64,000 nt of DNA, taken from positions 1-64,000 of the IMG/VR virus record IMGVR_UViG_3300037466_002145. One strand, 5' to 3'. This DNA comes from an uncultured virus (IMG/VR IMGVR_UViG_3300037466_002145) (lineage: Duplodnaviria; Heunggongvirae; Uroviricota; Caudoviricetes). Both the position numbers and the translations under genes were made by a program. Under the pieces are notes generated by a model. That model saw only the letters and a list, made by a program, of their open reading frames with translations, did not search any database and was not told the DNA's origin. Of the stretch, positions 1-10,543 are shown one piece after another; the stretch's first letter is position 1; each line of letters opens with the position of its first letter.

Positions 1-1480
1 CAGGGTCCACAACCGCCGTGTAGAACAGGGAGTCGTTGTTTGAATTGGCTGTGTATGTGGTTGCGACTTGGAACGTATCGACGACGAAGTTGCCACTTTG
101 GTCGAACGTTCTTTGAGCCATTTGGTCACCCAAATCGCTGTATTGAGTATTTTTATTTTGACGGAACGGATTGCCTTCTGACCATTCAACCAGGATGTTG
201 AAGTCAGTATTGGCGCGGGCGACTTCCGAGGCCAGAAGCGTTAGCTTCGGCGTCATCTTTAGGCGGTCGGCACCAGGGGCAGTGTAATTCTTGGTTGTGA
301 GGGCATTGTCGAATAGGGTGTCGTCTTCGTTGGCGTTGACAATCGTTTCGACCGTTGAGAAGCCAACCACGACGTTATTTGGACTTTGGCTATACTTATC
401 GACAATGATAGTCTGACCAGTCACACGAAGCATGTAACCGTTTTGGTAGATAATACCGTCACCGATTTGGAAGGCATAGCCCGAGCCTGCCGCGTTGGCC
501 ACGGCCGCCACCTTGAACTTGATGTAGTAGTTTTGGGCGACAAGGTTGAGGGAGTTGATGCCTGTTAGGTTATTAACTGAACGAACCGAAACGGTCGGCG
601 GATACAGATAGCCGTTACCGCGATCAAAGACGGGAGCCGACGTGATTTTACCGATACCGTTGGTGATGATGCCCGCTTCAAGTCCCGTACCAAACGATTG
701 GACAACGAAGCCTGAAATCGAGTTGGACGGGTTGGAAATGGAATCGAGAGCATTGATTGTCCAGGCCGCCGAATTGACGGAACCGTTTGCCAAGTCGGCA
801 TTGCGAGGCGCAAGAGTCAACAGAACCTGATTGGCCGAGGCATAGGTTGTATAGTCGGCAGTCAGAACCTTGACGTTGGCATCACCTTGCGTGATGTAGT
901 CGTTATTGGCAATCGTGCCCGTATCGAGAGACACCAGGATCGCGGGTAAGACGACGACAGTATCATTGTTGGAAAAGCCCGAGGAACCCGCAACGATATC
1001 GATATCGAAGACGGCGTTTTGGGCATCATAGGCGGTCAACGTATCATCGGCGGCATAGGTCGTCATTGCGCCTGTGTTGCCTGAGTTGGTGTACGCCAGA
1101 TACAGTGTCTTAAGGTCGGGGTTGGTAGCTTCGAAACCGTCTTCCGAGTTAATGACAAACGCCTGAAGGTTGGCGGAACTGACAAGTTTCAGACCGACAA
1201 GCAATGACGGATCGATGGTTAGACCATTAACATCCGAGTCCAGAATTTTGATATAAGGATAGTCGTTATGGAATGTGAAGTTACAGCCATTGATGATTGT
1301 GCCGCGCTTGAAAATGTTGTCGGCAAATCGTTCAATCTGTGTTTGGGTTAAATCTTGTAGCTGGTTAAGCTCACGAACCTGAACGGATTGTCCAGGTCGC
1401 CAGATCATACGATAGAAATCCTTGGCAGGATCATAATCGTCAAAGTAAGGGCTTACATTGAGGTTTGTGCTTAACGGCAA
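1..1480 (-). CDS. DUF4815/VrlC-like large virion/baseplate protein, N-terminal part (runs off window)
   Basis: Not in ORF track. TTG start at 1480 after AAGGA gives MPLSTNLNVSPYFDDYDPAKDFYRMIWRPGQSVQVRELNQLQ, the hallmark N-terminus of this T4-like family; follows gp8. Confidence 0.8.
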   Translation of the reverse strand, partial: MPLSTNLNVSPYFDDYDPAKDFYRMIWRPGQSVQVRELNQLQDLTQTQIERFADNIFKRGTIINGCNFTFHNDYPYIKILDSDVNGLTIDPSLLVGLKLVSSANLQAFVINSEDGFEATNPDLKTLYLAYTNSGNTGAMTTYAADDTLTAYDAQNAVFDIDIVAGSSGFSNNDTVVVLPAILVSLDTGTIANNDYITQGDANVKVLTADYTTYASANQVLLTLAPRNADLANGSVNSAAWTINALDSISNPSNSISGFVVQSFGTGLEAGIITNGIGKITSAPVFDRGNGYLYPPTVSVRSVNNLTGINSLNLVAQNYYIKFKVAAVANAAGSGYAFQIGDGIIYQNGYMLRVTGQTIIVDKYSQSPNNVVVGFSTVETIVNANEDDTLFDNALTTKNYTAPGADRLKMTPKLTLLASEVARANTDFNILVEWSEGNPFRQNKNTQYSDLGDQMAQRTFDQSGNFVVDTFQVATTYTANSNNDSLFYTAVVDP

Positions 1481-1492
1481 AAAAGTGTATCC

Positions 1493-3496
1493 TTAGAAAT
1501 CGAATATAATTTGTAGGGTTTCGCTGGTGTTGGCGCTTCGGGTAACTCTATCGATGTTTTCAATGAAGATCACTTCACCAGAATTAAACTCGATTTCAGG
1601 TCCATAGCGGGCTGACACCAAAAACGAGGCGGCAGAGTTTGCACCCGTGATAGTATCGCCACTATTTATGATGCCTATTTGGTTTGAAACATACATGGCG
1701 GTCTCGGTATTGGAGACGACAACCGAATGCAGCAACGCGGTAGCCCCGTGAGTCGTGGTGACAGTTTCGTTTTCATCGAAGCTTCCACTCTCAACAGTTC
1801 CTGAATATTTCTGTAATCCAATAAACGTATTGAAGCCTTTGGAAATACCGCTGCGTTGAACGTCGGTGACCGACATTTTAGCGCCTGAGTTGGTGCCGAT
1901 GACCAAATCATCGGTTGCAAAAATGCCGTAGACGTTGGCCAGTTGGATCGCCACGCCGTTGGTGAAGTAGCAGGTTCCATAGGCAGTCGGATTGGCGAAG
2001 TAGACGGTCGCCGCAGTGCTATCGAAAAAGCCGTTGGTTGTGAGTTGAATCGTTGTTGAGTTCACCACACTGTTGACGGTCGCCAACTGGAAACCAGTGA
2101 CGTTATCGATGAAAAGTTGATCGCCTTCCTGAATGTTATTGTTGTAGGGATCGAGCGCAATCGTGATGGCGTTCGACGTTGTATTAATCGTGGCGTTGGT
2201 CGCGATCAAGGATGGCGACACCTTGTAGACGGTTTCACCTGGAGAGAACGCGCCGACAGAGTTGGCAAGCGACAGCGACACGTTGGCGAATAGAGGGTCC
2301 TTAAGAATTCCAAGTTGACGGAAGCCATTGTTGGCCAGAATGGTGTCGCTTTCGGTGTTGGAAAACTTCAACGAAAGCTCAAGTTTGTTGGCCAGCAATT
2401 CATCCTGAGGCCAGAATCCATGGCCCCCCGATGGTGAAAAAATGACCTTAAGTTCGGCGTTGGATTGGACACCAACTGCAACATTGGCAACCACATTCGC
2501 GATGGCATAATAGGTGTAGCCCGCCCCTCTATCGAACATTTCAACGCGATAGATGGAGTTTGATGCCGTGGCATTCACCAGGGCTCGGGCACGCGCCACG
2601 GTCGTTTCACGTCCCGTGCCTGTGATCTTGACTTCGGGCGTTATGTCATAGGTCGTGCCGTTTTCGGGAGTTGTATCAAATGGCGATTGCAGCGTAATGT
2701 ACTTGCCAGTGGTATTGCTGACATAATCCACAACTGTGCGATACTGCCCCGATCCTGTGCCCGTTGTCAGGTAGATAATGCAGCCCGAATAGAATGAGTT
2801 GGAGTTTTTTCCGTCGCTGGAAATACCATAAATCGAGGCATTACCACCAACACGGATATCGGGGACCGCAAAGGCTCCTGAGATATAGTTGTCGTATTTT
2901 CGCCCCGCGCCTTCAACTTTGACAACATCGATGACCCCCGCCACAGCGGTATCTGACACTGTGTTATTGGCAATGACAGGAATATATTTCGACGTAGAGA
3001 ACGACACGTCATCGGCACTGGAGAAGGAATACATGTATTTCCAGGCATAACCATCCGAGGTGCGATAGAACAGGGTGTTCGCGCCGCTGATGTGAGAAAA
3101 TGTAGGTTGTGCCGTTGATGGATTGCCTAAATTATTATCAAGGCATTTGTAAACGTGAATGAAACTACCTTCAGACACCGAGACATAAAACACCTTGTCC
3201 AAAAGTTCTACATCATGTTCGTACATATCGTACACATCGCCTGAGTGCCATGTGTTTTTGTTGATCACCATGTTGAAATCGGTGTTCGAAATGCGTTTGC
3301 CCTGGATCAAGTCACGATACAGATTGATTTGAGTTGATTGAATCGTATCGTTGGCGTCAGGCACCGCATTATTCGCATTTTCGGTGTGGTTCGACATGAA
3401 CACATAGTAGGTGGAGTTCGATACTTCGTTGACCGATTCGATCAACTGGCGAGCTACGTGTGTCTTGAAATTATTCGTTAGGAGTCTTGTAGACAT
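1493..3496 (-). CDS. gp8: baseplate wedge protein gp8-like
   Basis: VYKCLDN, DGYAWKYMY, FRQLGILKDP and C-terminal SGEVIFIEN..R motifs typical of gp8 in large T4-like phages. Confidence 0.8.
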   Translation of the reverse strand: MSTRLLTNNFKTHVARQLIESVNEVSNSTYYVFMSNHTENANNAVPDANDTIQSTQINLYRDLIQGKRISNTDFNMVINKNTWHSGDVYDMYEHDVELLDKVFYVSVSEGSFIHVYKCLDNNLGNPSTAQPTFSHISGANTLFYRTSDGYAWKYMYSFSSADDVSFSTSKYIPVIANNTVSDTAVAGVIDVVKVEGAGRKYDNYISGAFAVPDIRVGGNASIYGISSDGKNSNSFYSGCIIYLTTGTGSGQYRTVVDYVSNTTGKYITLQSPFDTTPENGTTYDITPEVKITGTGRETTVARARALVNATASNSIYRVEMFDRGAGYTYYAIANVVANVAVGVQSNAELKVIFSPSGGHGFWPQDELLANKLELSLKFSNTESDTILANNGFRQLGILKDPLFANVSLSLANSVGAFSPGETVYKVSPSLIATNATINTTSNAITIALDPYNNNIQEGDQLFIDNVTGFQLATVNSVVNSTTIQLTTNGFFDSTAATVYFANPTAYGTCYFTNGVAIQLANVYGIFATDDLVIGTNSGAKMSVTDVQRSGISKGFNTFIGLQKYSGTVESGSFDENETVTTTHGATALLHSVVVSNTETAMYVSNQIGIINSGDTITGANSAASFLVSARYGPEIEFNSGEVIFIENIDRVTRSANTSETLQIIFDF

Positions 3497-6255
3497 TATG
3501 ATCCAGAAGAAATGAGTGTCGTTTCAGTATTTAGAGTGGCAGGTATCTCCGATTGGTTGACAAACGCACCGAAGTATTTCGTGCCTGCGACGTGCAACAG
3601 TTGTTTCAACATGTCTTCATACTTTACGAGCATCAGCGATGAACGGACTTCGTATGAGAAGTCCTGATAGTACAGACCGTCGAATAGCTTCTTTTGATTG
3701 GACAGGAAGCCGCCCATTTCCTTGTAATGACCCTTGGAAAATCCGCATGAACCGAGACGTGCTACGGCCGCCCCAGGTTCCAAGCCTTCCTTTTGCATGA
3801 CGACTTGTTCGCCTTCATGAAAACCAAATCCCGTGTCAACAATCTTGACCCCCGTCATCGCCCCGACCGAAGTCTGAGTGTTGGCGGTCAAATCAAAGTT
3901 GGCCCCCATGAACCCGAACGTGCCGTCTGAAGTGTCGGCCTGAATAGAGATAATGTTAGCTTGGCCGCCCGATTGATCCCCAACCAAAATGGTTGTGGCA
4001 TTGACGGTAGGAATGAAAATATTGTTGGCATTGAAGCGGAAGTTATCGACCGTGATAAAATTCCCGTTTGAGGCGACGACGCCACCGCGCGAATTGACAC
4101 TCTCTTGGGTGACAAGTTCACCAATGAAGAATGGATTTTGATCAAGTTCGATATTAAGCCGTCCATAGTGTTCGAATGGAAAGGTTTTAGGTTCATACAC
4201 TAGGGCAAACGGCGGAATATTGTAAAGCGCGCCTTTATTGATGTTGGTGATCTTTGACGGACGACCAATCGTGAAGGTATTTTGCGCCAACGAATTTCCA
4301 ATCACTGACGACAGATTGGCGCTGGTGTTGGCAGGCAATCCATAGGCACCTGTGTTCAGCGCCATGTTCAGATAGGGGTCTAAAATATCTGTGTAGAGAA
4401 CAACGTCTTCGCTGAAGTTTAGCGTGTTACTCAACTGGAATGATGCGCCCGAGCCTGAACCGATGGCGGAAACCGTCGCATTGGTTCCAATCACTGAACC
4501 AACAATAAAGTTGTTGGGCAAGCTGGTGAAACTGTTGTTGCCGTTGATGTACCCGAGATTAAGTGAAACTGTCTGAACCGTCGCCGTCGCCCCTGAAGTC
4601 GCGCCGACAATTGTGCCGCCGACAACAAACGATGAATGCACGTTCAACAGTGTCATCGAACCGTTCGAACCGATGCCGAACACATAGTTATTCAGAGTGG
4701 CATTGGTGCTTTTGACATTCGAGCCATTGACGATATTGAATTGATAGATTTCCTCACCGCGCACAAAAGAACCAACCAAGTTCGACGTGGTGATTGTCGA
4801 GTTCGATGAAAACCCAATGACATTGCCAGTGGCCGTCACATCAAGAAACGCATTGATGTTGGCACTCATGGCATTGGCATAGGAATAAAGCTGAGTTGAG
4901 TTTAGGTTTCCTGAATCGTAGCGACATAGCAGGGTTCCCGCCGTTGAGTTGGACTCGGTAACGGCAAGAATTGAACCTTGACCTTGCAACACATTGTTCG
5001 CGTTGTAAGTGTAGACGTTCGCGCCAACCGTCCAGGTATTGTTTGCTTGACGGTATGCGATATTGGCCAGTGGTTGAGAAATACCTTCGAATAAGTCGTA
5101 ATATGTGACAGGATCACCTGCATTGACGTTGCTTAAGACCAGAACCTGTTCGGAAATGAAGACATTGGCATTGGCCGTGAAAGCATAACCCGAGTTGGCC
5201 ACGCTGAAATTGACCAGCCCAACGATATCCGAAACGCTGGTGACGCGTCCAATTGCTTGTTCACCTTTATTCGATGAAATGTTGACTTCATCACCAACCT
5301 TATAGAGTTCCGACACGCCGTCGTCATTGATTTCAACGGTCGTCAAAGACCCAATCATGCGAGGAGATTGGTCAGGCGGAACACTCCCATCAGTCGCCGT
5401 GATGATTTCATTCGTTTCAAAGGTGCCGTTGATGGCCGATATGTAGAGAATATCGATGAACCGTCCCTTGATCGTGCGACGAATAAGGGATTCGGCAAAG
5501 GCTGTGGCCCCCGATGACAAGCCGACAATCTGTTTGTTGATGAACTTGTCGGTGTTATTATTCAATGAGACTTCAATGTAACGCGGAACGAACCACTCAC
5601 CGTCCGACAACTTGAATACGTCATCGCCTGGATAGTAGAAGGTCGCGCCGACCCCGAAGACGATGCGAAACAAAAGGTCCAGGGCGCGTTCGGTGCCCTT
5701 GGCACGGTAGATATCGAGCGCGTGCTTGACCAGCATACGCGTCTTAGTTTGAGTTTCGAACTGAATACCTTGGAGGTATTTTTGTTTGAAATACAGAACA
5801 AAGTCATCGGTTGTCTTGTCGATATCGTCATAATCATAGAGACGGCGGATATGATAGTTGGCATTGCCTTTGCTGGCCAGCGTGCCGTATCCAAGTCCCG
5901 ACCCTGAAATATCCGAGGCTGTAGTCAACACGAGGTTGGTGTTATCGATGACCGAGGATACTGTGTAATTGCGGTAGTCGCCGTCTTCGTCATAAATGGC
6001 AATACCATCACCTGCCACATAAACAGTGGTGAACTCGGTATCGGTTCCAACTACATTGGCAGATTTGGGCGAAATCGTCACCGAACCATGCAACACGGGC
6101 GTTGCAATTAACGTCTGTGTTTCAAGCCAACGATAGTATGCCTTGACAAACTCGATGAACATCGGTCCATCGGTTCTAAAAAACTCGGGAAAGTTATACT
6201 CAATTAAATTACTGACAGTTTTTTCTGTTACAGTATCAAAATCAATATTAGCCAT
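3496..6255 (-). CDS. baseplate wedge protein gp7-like
   Basis: FPEFF..FIEFVKAYY, YRAKGT..LLFRIVF, LSDGEW and C-terminal YYQDFSYEVRS..LLHVAGTKYFG motifs. Confidence 0.75.
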   Translation of the reverse strand: MANIDFDTVTEKTVSNLIEYNFPEFFRTDGPMFIEFVKAYYRWLETQTLIATPVLHGSVTISPKSANVVGTDTEFTTVYVAGDGIAIYDEDGDYRNYTVSSVIDNTNLVLTTASDISGSGLGYGTLASKGNANYHIRRLYDYDDIDKTTDDFVLYFKQKYLQGIQFETQTKTRMLVKHALDIYRAKGTERALDLLFRIVFGVGATFYYPGDDVFKLSDGEWFVPRYIEVSLNNNTDKFINKQIVGLSSGATAFAESLIRRTIKGRFIDILYISAINGTFETNEIITATDGSVPPDQSPRMIGSLTTVEINDDGVSELYKVGDEVNISSNKGEQAIGRVTSVSDIVGLVNFSVANSGYAFTANANVFISEQVLVLSNVNAGDPVTYYDLFEGISQPLANIAYRQANNTWTVGANVYTYNANNVLQGQGSILAVTESNSTAGTLLCRYDSGNLNSTQLYSYANAMSANINAFLDVTATGNVIGFSSNSTITTSNLVGSFVRGEEIYQFNIVNGSNVKSTNATLNNYVFGIGSNGSMTLLNVHSSFVVGGTIVGATSGATATVQTVSLNLGYINGNNSFTSLPNNFIVGSVIGTNATVSAIGSGSGASFQLSNTLNFSEDVVLYTDILDPYLNMALNTGAYGLPANTSANLSSVIGNSLAQNTFTIGRPSKITNINKGALYNIPPFALVYEPKTFPFEHYGRLNIELDQNPFFIGELVTQESVNSRGGVVASNGNFITVDNFRFNANNIFIPTVNATTILVGDQSGGQANIISIQADTSDGTFGFMGANFDLTANTQTSVGAMTGVKIVDTGFGFHEGEQVVMQKEGLEPGAAVARLGSCGFSKGHYKEMGGFLSNQKKLFDGLYYQDFSYEVRSSLMLVKYEDMLKQLLHVAGTKYFGAFVNQSEIPATLNTETTLISSGS

Positions 6256-6940
6256 TTATTCTTTTGAAACCTTTAACATAACCATCAGGTTGTGTTCCCG
6301 CTTGTCCGTAAAAACGCAATAAAGAAATAGGATCGTAATACCATGTTTTTCCTTTAGCCGATCCATATTTTTCAGAGCGCTCTGCGGCTGTTAAGGTAGA
6401 ATTATATAATGGCACTCTAAGTTTTGCCTTTGCAGATATTATTGCTTTTGTTTGTTCGGTGTGAGTTTTTCCGATGCGACGTTTGTTTCCTTTAGCGGCA
6501 TTGGAGATTTTTTCGCGAGCTTCGGCAGTGTGCTTTATACCTAATCTCCGTGTATGCCCTTTAGCGGCATTGGAGATTTTTCCGCGAGCTTCGGCAGTGT
6601 GAGTTTTTCCATACATCCAATTATTTTCACCACGACATAATTTTCGCGCCATGGTATAATTCAATGAACATCTACCAGTTTGATATTTGTTTGATGATTG
6701 CATTTTAGACAGAGCCGCGACCATACGCTTTTTATGTTTTGGAATAATAGCTTTTACTAAACAACAATGCGCCACATAATGTTCTTTCGCAGTAAGCAAC
6801 ACTTGCTTTTTTCCACCTAGGGATTTTGGAATTATATGATGCGATTCCAGATATACATCTGTTGATTTTTTTCTATTTTCTATTTTAGCTTTATCAATAA
6901 TAGAAAAATACCACTTGCTATACTTATTGTCTTGAAACAT
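6248..6940 (-). CDS. free-standing HNH homing endonuclease with NUMOD3 repeats
   Basis: ESHHIIPKSLGG..LTAKEHYVAH HNH motif, three HT(A/E)E..KIS repeats, AT-rich relative to flanks. Confidence 0.85.
   Translation of the reverse strand: MFQDNKYSKWYFSIIDKAKIENRKKSTDVYLESHHIIPKSLGGKKQVLLTAKEHYVAHCCLVKAIIPKHKKRMVAALSKMQSSNKYQTGRCSLNYTMARKLCRGENNWMYGKTHTAEARGKISNAAKGHTRRLGIKHTAEAREKISNAAKGNKRRIGKTHTEQTKAIISAKAKLRVPLYNSTLTAAERSEKYGSAKGKTWYYDPISLLRFYGQAGTQPDGYVKGFKRING
6489..6601. repeat. intragenic ~43-bp direct repeat, 69-bp period (NUMOD3 duplication)
   Basis: cctttagcggcattggagatttt..cgcgagcttcggcagtgtg occurs at ~6489 and ~6559. Confidence 0.85.
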
Positions 6941-6947
6941 GATTGCC

Positions 6948-7454
6948 TTAGTTTAGATTTATTTTATTAGCAACCATATTTATGTTACCTCCAGATTTCA
7001 CATTTATATCTGATCCAGCATTAATGTTCAGTTGACCATCAGTGCCGACGTAGGCACTTGAGGCCCGCGCATTGAGCTTACCCATAACCGCCGCGGCCAT
7101 ATCGCCACCTGCGAATACACCCGCGTCGCCTGCGACTTCGATGTGAGCCCCGCCCGCCACCAGAAAACGTGTATGCCCTGAGAACTTCACGTCTCCGCAT
7201 TCATCCACTGAAAATGTCGCGCCACCTTTACCGTAGGACTTCGAGTCCCCAACGGTATAATTGATTTGTTTGCCGTCTGCCGAAATCTCGGTGTACGTGC
7301 CCGAAGCGTGTTGAATGAATATGCGTTCGTGCCCAGGCGTGTTGTCAATCTGGACTTGATGCCCCGAGGGCCATTCAGTGACTTGGTTGTAAGGATACTC
7401 GGCGTTGTAACTTGATTTATCGACGCGTTTGCTTGAGTTGCTATTATCGGGCAT
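6948..7454 (-). CDS. gp5 C-terminal (spike/beta-helix) module
   Basis: AEYPYNQV..SGH..DNTPGHERI..HASGTY motif followed by Gly-rich beta-repeat. Confidence 0.8.
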   Translation of the reverse strand: MPDNSNSSKRVDKSSYNAEYPYNQVTEWPSGHQVQIDNTPGHERIFIQHASGTYTEISADGKQINYTVGDSKSYGKGGATFSVDECGDVKFSGHTRFLVAGGAHIEVAGDAGVFAGGDMAAAVMGKLNARASSAYVGTDGQLNINAGSDINVKSGGNINMVANKINLN

Positions 7455-8422
7455 TAGGTTCCAGTGTTGTCAGCGGGGTTTTGCAGGATGATGCACGTTT
7501 GTTTTTGAGTCATCATTTCTGGTGTTAGAGTTGAATCATCGGCAGACAGAAGATAATTGCAATCATACTTTTGTTGATCCTGTTTGCTTGATGAATTCGA
7601 TTTAAAGAGTTGAGCCAACTGTTGAAGGATGGCCGAAAAGTTTCCTGCCCCAATCGATTCAATGGATGTTGGGTTGCCGTTCACTTGCTTTAGGTTTTGA
7701 ATGGCTGACAGGGCATTCTGTACGACTGCCGACTTGTTTTGAATCGTCTGTTGAATGAACTGTTGTGGGTCCTTACCCATGGACTTGAAGACGCCAATCG
7801 TGCCGCCATCGGGGTCTTTTGACGTAGATCGATTTTGATAGTTGTCGGTTGTCGGTGCTTGACTATGGGCAAAGTCAACTCTATCGCGTTCGGACTTGCG
7901 ACCGTCGCGCCCATCCGAGTCACGGCGTTGGCGAGCTTCCCGAGTCGTCTTCTGTTCGTAGACACGCTTGAGATTGGTTCCCCAGGCAAAGTTGCCCGAA
8001 CCGTGTTGGGCTTGACTTAAATCGGCCTTTGTATGGACATTATCGGTTTGCCCCTTGCCTTGCGTGGCACTGTTGATCGTCTTGTTATCGTCTTTTTTGT
8101 CGTTCGGTAGCGTGCCAGTGATCAACCAATCCTGCCCATGCATCCCAAAGGCTTCACACGTAACCATGGTGCCAGGAAGCAAGCCGTGCGTCGTGGTGGC
8201 CGTCTGCATTGAGGGCGTTGTGGTTGAATTACGCACCTTAACCCAAGGCAGCATTTCATCGGGAATATTGGCTTCGTCGTCATGATGCCCGACGACGCGG
8301 ATTTGCACGCGTCCCGATTTCAGCGGGTCCATAACATTGACGACCAGGGCGCGGTTTGATGAACCGCCTTGCGCACCAACTACTTTGCTAGTGTCATATG
8401 GATTTGGATGATAAGATGCCAT
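7454..8422 (-). CDS. gp5 N-terminal OB-fold hub module
   Basis: DPLKSGRVQIRVVGHH...LPW motif; no lysozyme domain recognisable. Confidence 0.75.
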   Translation of the reverse strand: MASYHPNPYDTSKVVGAQGGSSNRALVVNVMDPLKSGRVQIRVVGHHDDEANIPDEMLPWVKVRNSTTTPSMQTATTTHGLLPGTMVTCEAFGMHGQDWLITGTLPNDKKDDNKTINSATQGKGQTDNVHTKADLSQAQHGSGNFAWGTNLKRVYEQKTTREARQRRDSDGRDGRKSERDRVDFAHSQAPTTDNYQNRSTSKDPDGGTIGVFKSMGKDPQQFIQQTIQNKSAVVQNALSAIQNLKQVNGNPTSIESIGAGNFSAILQQLAQLFKSNSSSKQDQQKYDCNYLLSADDSTLTPEMMTQKQTCIILQNPADNTGT

Positions 8423-9669
8423 TAAATTTGAACTGCCCGCATGATTGTGGTGCCTTGAACTTCACGATCATCAAAATAACATTCGTGGTTCACATCAGCG
8501 ACCAACATTTGACCGCCGACCGTTTGGGCACTGTTGTTATCAGCGTCACCAATTGGCGGCAAAAGATCGGCTGTGATGCCTTTCCCAACCGTGACGTTGA
8601 AGCCTGTTTGGCATGGCACCTTGATTAGATAGTTGGTGCCGTCTTTCACGCGCGCCTGGAATGCGTTTTGAGCTACCATATTTATCTGTTGATCCGTGCT
8701 CGGAGCTTGCCGACGCGAGTCGGTTTGCATGACGTTTGGTAGGCCGCCCATGCGTCCGCGCGTAAACTGTGACGCTACGCTTCCTGCGATTCCTTGCGCC
8801 GCCGTCGCAAAGGCGTTCAATAGGGCCTCAGTGCCAAGGTTTTGATCCCATAAATTCGCCGCCCCCATCGCCGCCGCCGACACCGCTGCCATTGCCCCGC
8901 GTTGTCTGTCTTTATCTTCGTCAACCTTGGTCGTACCATGAATGATCGAACGATAAATGTCACCGCCGCCCATGGCCTCCAGATAGTTGGTGCCCCAGGT
9001 TTGTTTCTGAATGAAGTGTTCCTGCGATCCCATGGTCATAAACAAAACTTCCAATGGAGCCATGACATACTGGTAACGGTCGCGGAAATACACCGTCGAA
9101 CCTGTATCAATGCCGCCATAGGACAAGCGTTCAAGAATATCCTTGATGGCCTTGAACGGTTTCTTGTTGTTGGTATTGTAACCACCGCTTTCCGTCTTGG
9201 CGATCAATCCAAGCGATGCCATGACGATATTCAACGTCGCGTCCCCGCCCACGTACTGTTCATGGATTTGCGCCGCCGCCGCGGTACCAGGAATGTTCAT
9301 AAACGATTGTTGAACGATATTGGCGCGATTATTAAAGAATGATTCCGTCGCCGTTCGGATACTGTAGAACATAGTGCGATAGTTGTCATTAATTTCAGTT
9401 TCGTCAATCGACAGAATGTATTGAACTGAATCATAAATTGACTTGGAATTTTGCATTCCGTTGTCAACCGCAAACTCTATACGTTCCCCACCTTTGAGCC
9501 CGAGATTGTTGATGATGTTACCACTATCATTAACTGAAATGGTTGCCGTGATATACGGTTTGCACATCGTTTCAAAAATGGAAATACCCTGAATTTGTGG
9601 AGTTACATTAATTCCTTTGATTGTGCAGCCTCTTAGAGCTACCTTACAGGGTTGAATAATATCTGGCAT
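8422..9669 (-). CDS. baseplate hub/tail protein (gp27-like)
   Basis: ISIFE...ITATISVNDS..GGE N-terminus, position between gp53 and gp5. Confidence 0.6.
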   Translation of the reverse strand: MPDIIQPCKVALRGCTIKGINVTPQIQGISIFETMCKPYITATISVNDSGNIINNLGLKGGERIEFAVDNGMQNSKSIYDSVQYILSIDETEINDNYRTMFYSIRTATESFFNNRANIVQQSFMNIPGTAAAAQIHEQYVGGDATLNIVMASLGLIAKTESGGYNTNNKKPFKAIKDILERLSYGGIDTGSTVYFRDRYQYVMAPLEVLFMTMGSQEHFIQKQTWGTNYLEAMGGGDIYRSIIHGTTKVDEDKDRQRGAMAAVSAAAMGAANLWDQNLGTEALLNAFATAAQGIAGSVASQFTRGRMGGLPNVMQTDSRRQAPSTDQQINMVAQNAFQARVKDGTNYLIKVPCQTGFNVTVGKGITADLLPPIGDADNNSAQTVGGQMLVADVNHECYFDDREVQGTTIMRAVQI

Positions 9670-10541
9670 TAGGTATTCAATTGCTTTCTTAGTTGTTCGC
9701 TGATCTTGGGGGCGTACTCGGACGCGATAATCAGCAAATCCTTGCGGCTTTCATTCAAGGCAAACTCGTAGTCATAGGCTGTCACAGGGTCCCAAAATAC
9801 CGCCTCAAGATCACTAATAGAAATCTGCACAACATTGGATTGGTTGGTCGTGACGCTGACGTTGCTGGTTTCCCCAATTAAGGTTCGCGTGACTGTAGAG
9901 TTGGCCGTGGTGTTGCCCGAGACGTGTTGAATCATCACGTCTGAACTGTTGGATGTGACGACATACCCCAAGCCAATTTCATTACCGATGCCATCCCAAA
10001 TGTGCAGACGTTCATCGGTCGTGAATGTCGAAGTCGCGTTGACCGTAAAATTCATGATGCGATTGGTTGAAACCGTCCAGTCTTCGCCGCGTCGAATGTA
10101 ACGAAGGATTTTCAGATTGTCGGCAAATTCAGGTGTATAGTATTTCTTGAGCACAGGGGCCAAATTGTTTTCGTAATATGAGGGCGTCAAGGTTTCCTCA
10201 AGCTTGCCCCAATTATTTTGATAATAAAGAATTGTCTTCACGGCATCTTCATAGGAACCGTACTTCGTTGCAATGAAGTCATCAAATTCAAGTTCCGACA
10301 GATACCAGTTGTAATAAGGATCGGTGATGTTGTTGGTCAACCAGATCAACCAGTCCATTTCGGCGTCGCCATAGTAGGCATCGGCCAAGGCATCGGGTCG
10401 CAAGCCCGCATTGAGTTCCAATGGATAGAACAAAGTGCCTTGCTTGCGGGCAAGGTCGGTGAAACGCGACGACCGCGAGATATCCTTGACGGTCAGACCA
10501 TTGTATTGAACGGTTGGTAGTTTTCGAAAATAGGCGTCCAA
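9669..10541 (-). CDS. gp53: baseplate wedge protein gp53
   Basis: YF..LP.V.Y, RPDALADAYYGD..WLIWLTNNITDPYYNW; probable TTG start at 10541 just after the gp2 stop. Confidence 0.8.
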   Translation of the reverse strand: MDAYFRKLPTVQYNGLTVKDISRSSRFTDLARKQGTLFYPLELNAGLRPDALADAYYGDAEMDWLIWLTNNITDPYYNWYLSELEFDDFIATKYGSYEDAVKTILYYQNNWGKLEETLTPSYYENNLAPVLKKYYTPEFADNLKILRYIRRGEDWTVSTNRIMNFTVNATSTFTTDERLHIWDGIGNEIGLGYVVTSNSSDVMIQHVSGNTTANSTVTRTLIGETSNVSVTTNQSNVVQISISDLEAVFWDPVTAYDYEFALNESRKDLLIIASEYAPKISEQLRKQLNT

Positions 10542-10543
10542 GT

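Noticed and set aside
6248-6940. Group I intron around the HNH gene
   Set aside because: Flanking genes are complete and there is no room for intron core sequence.
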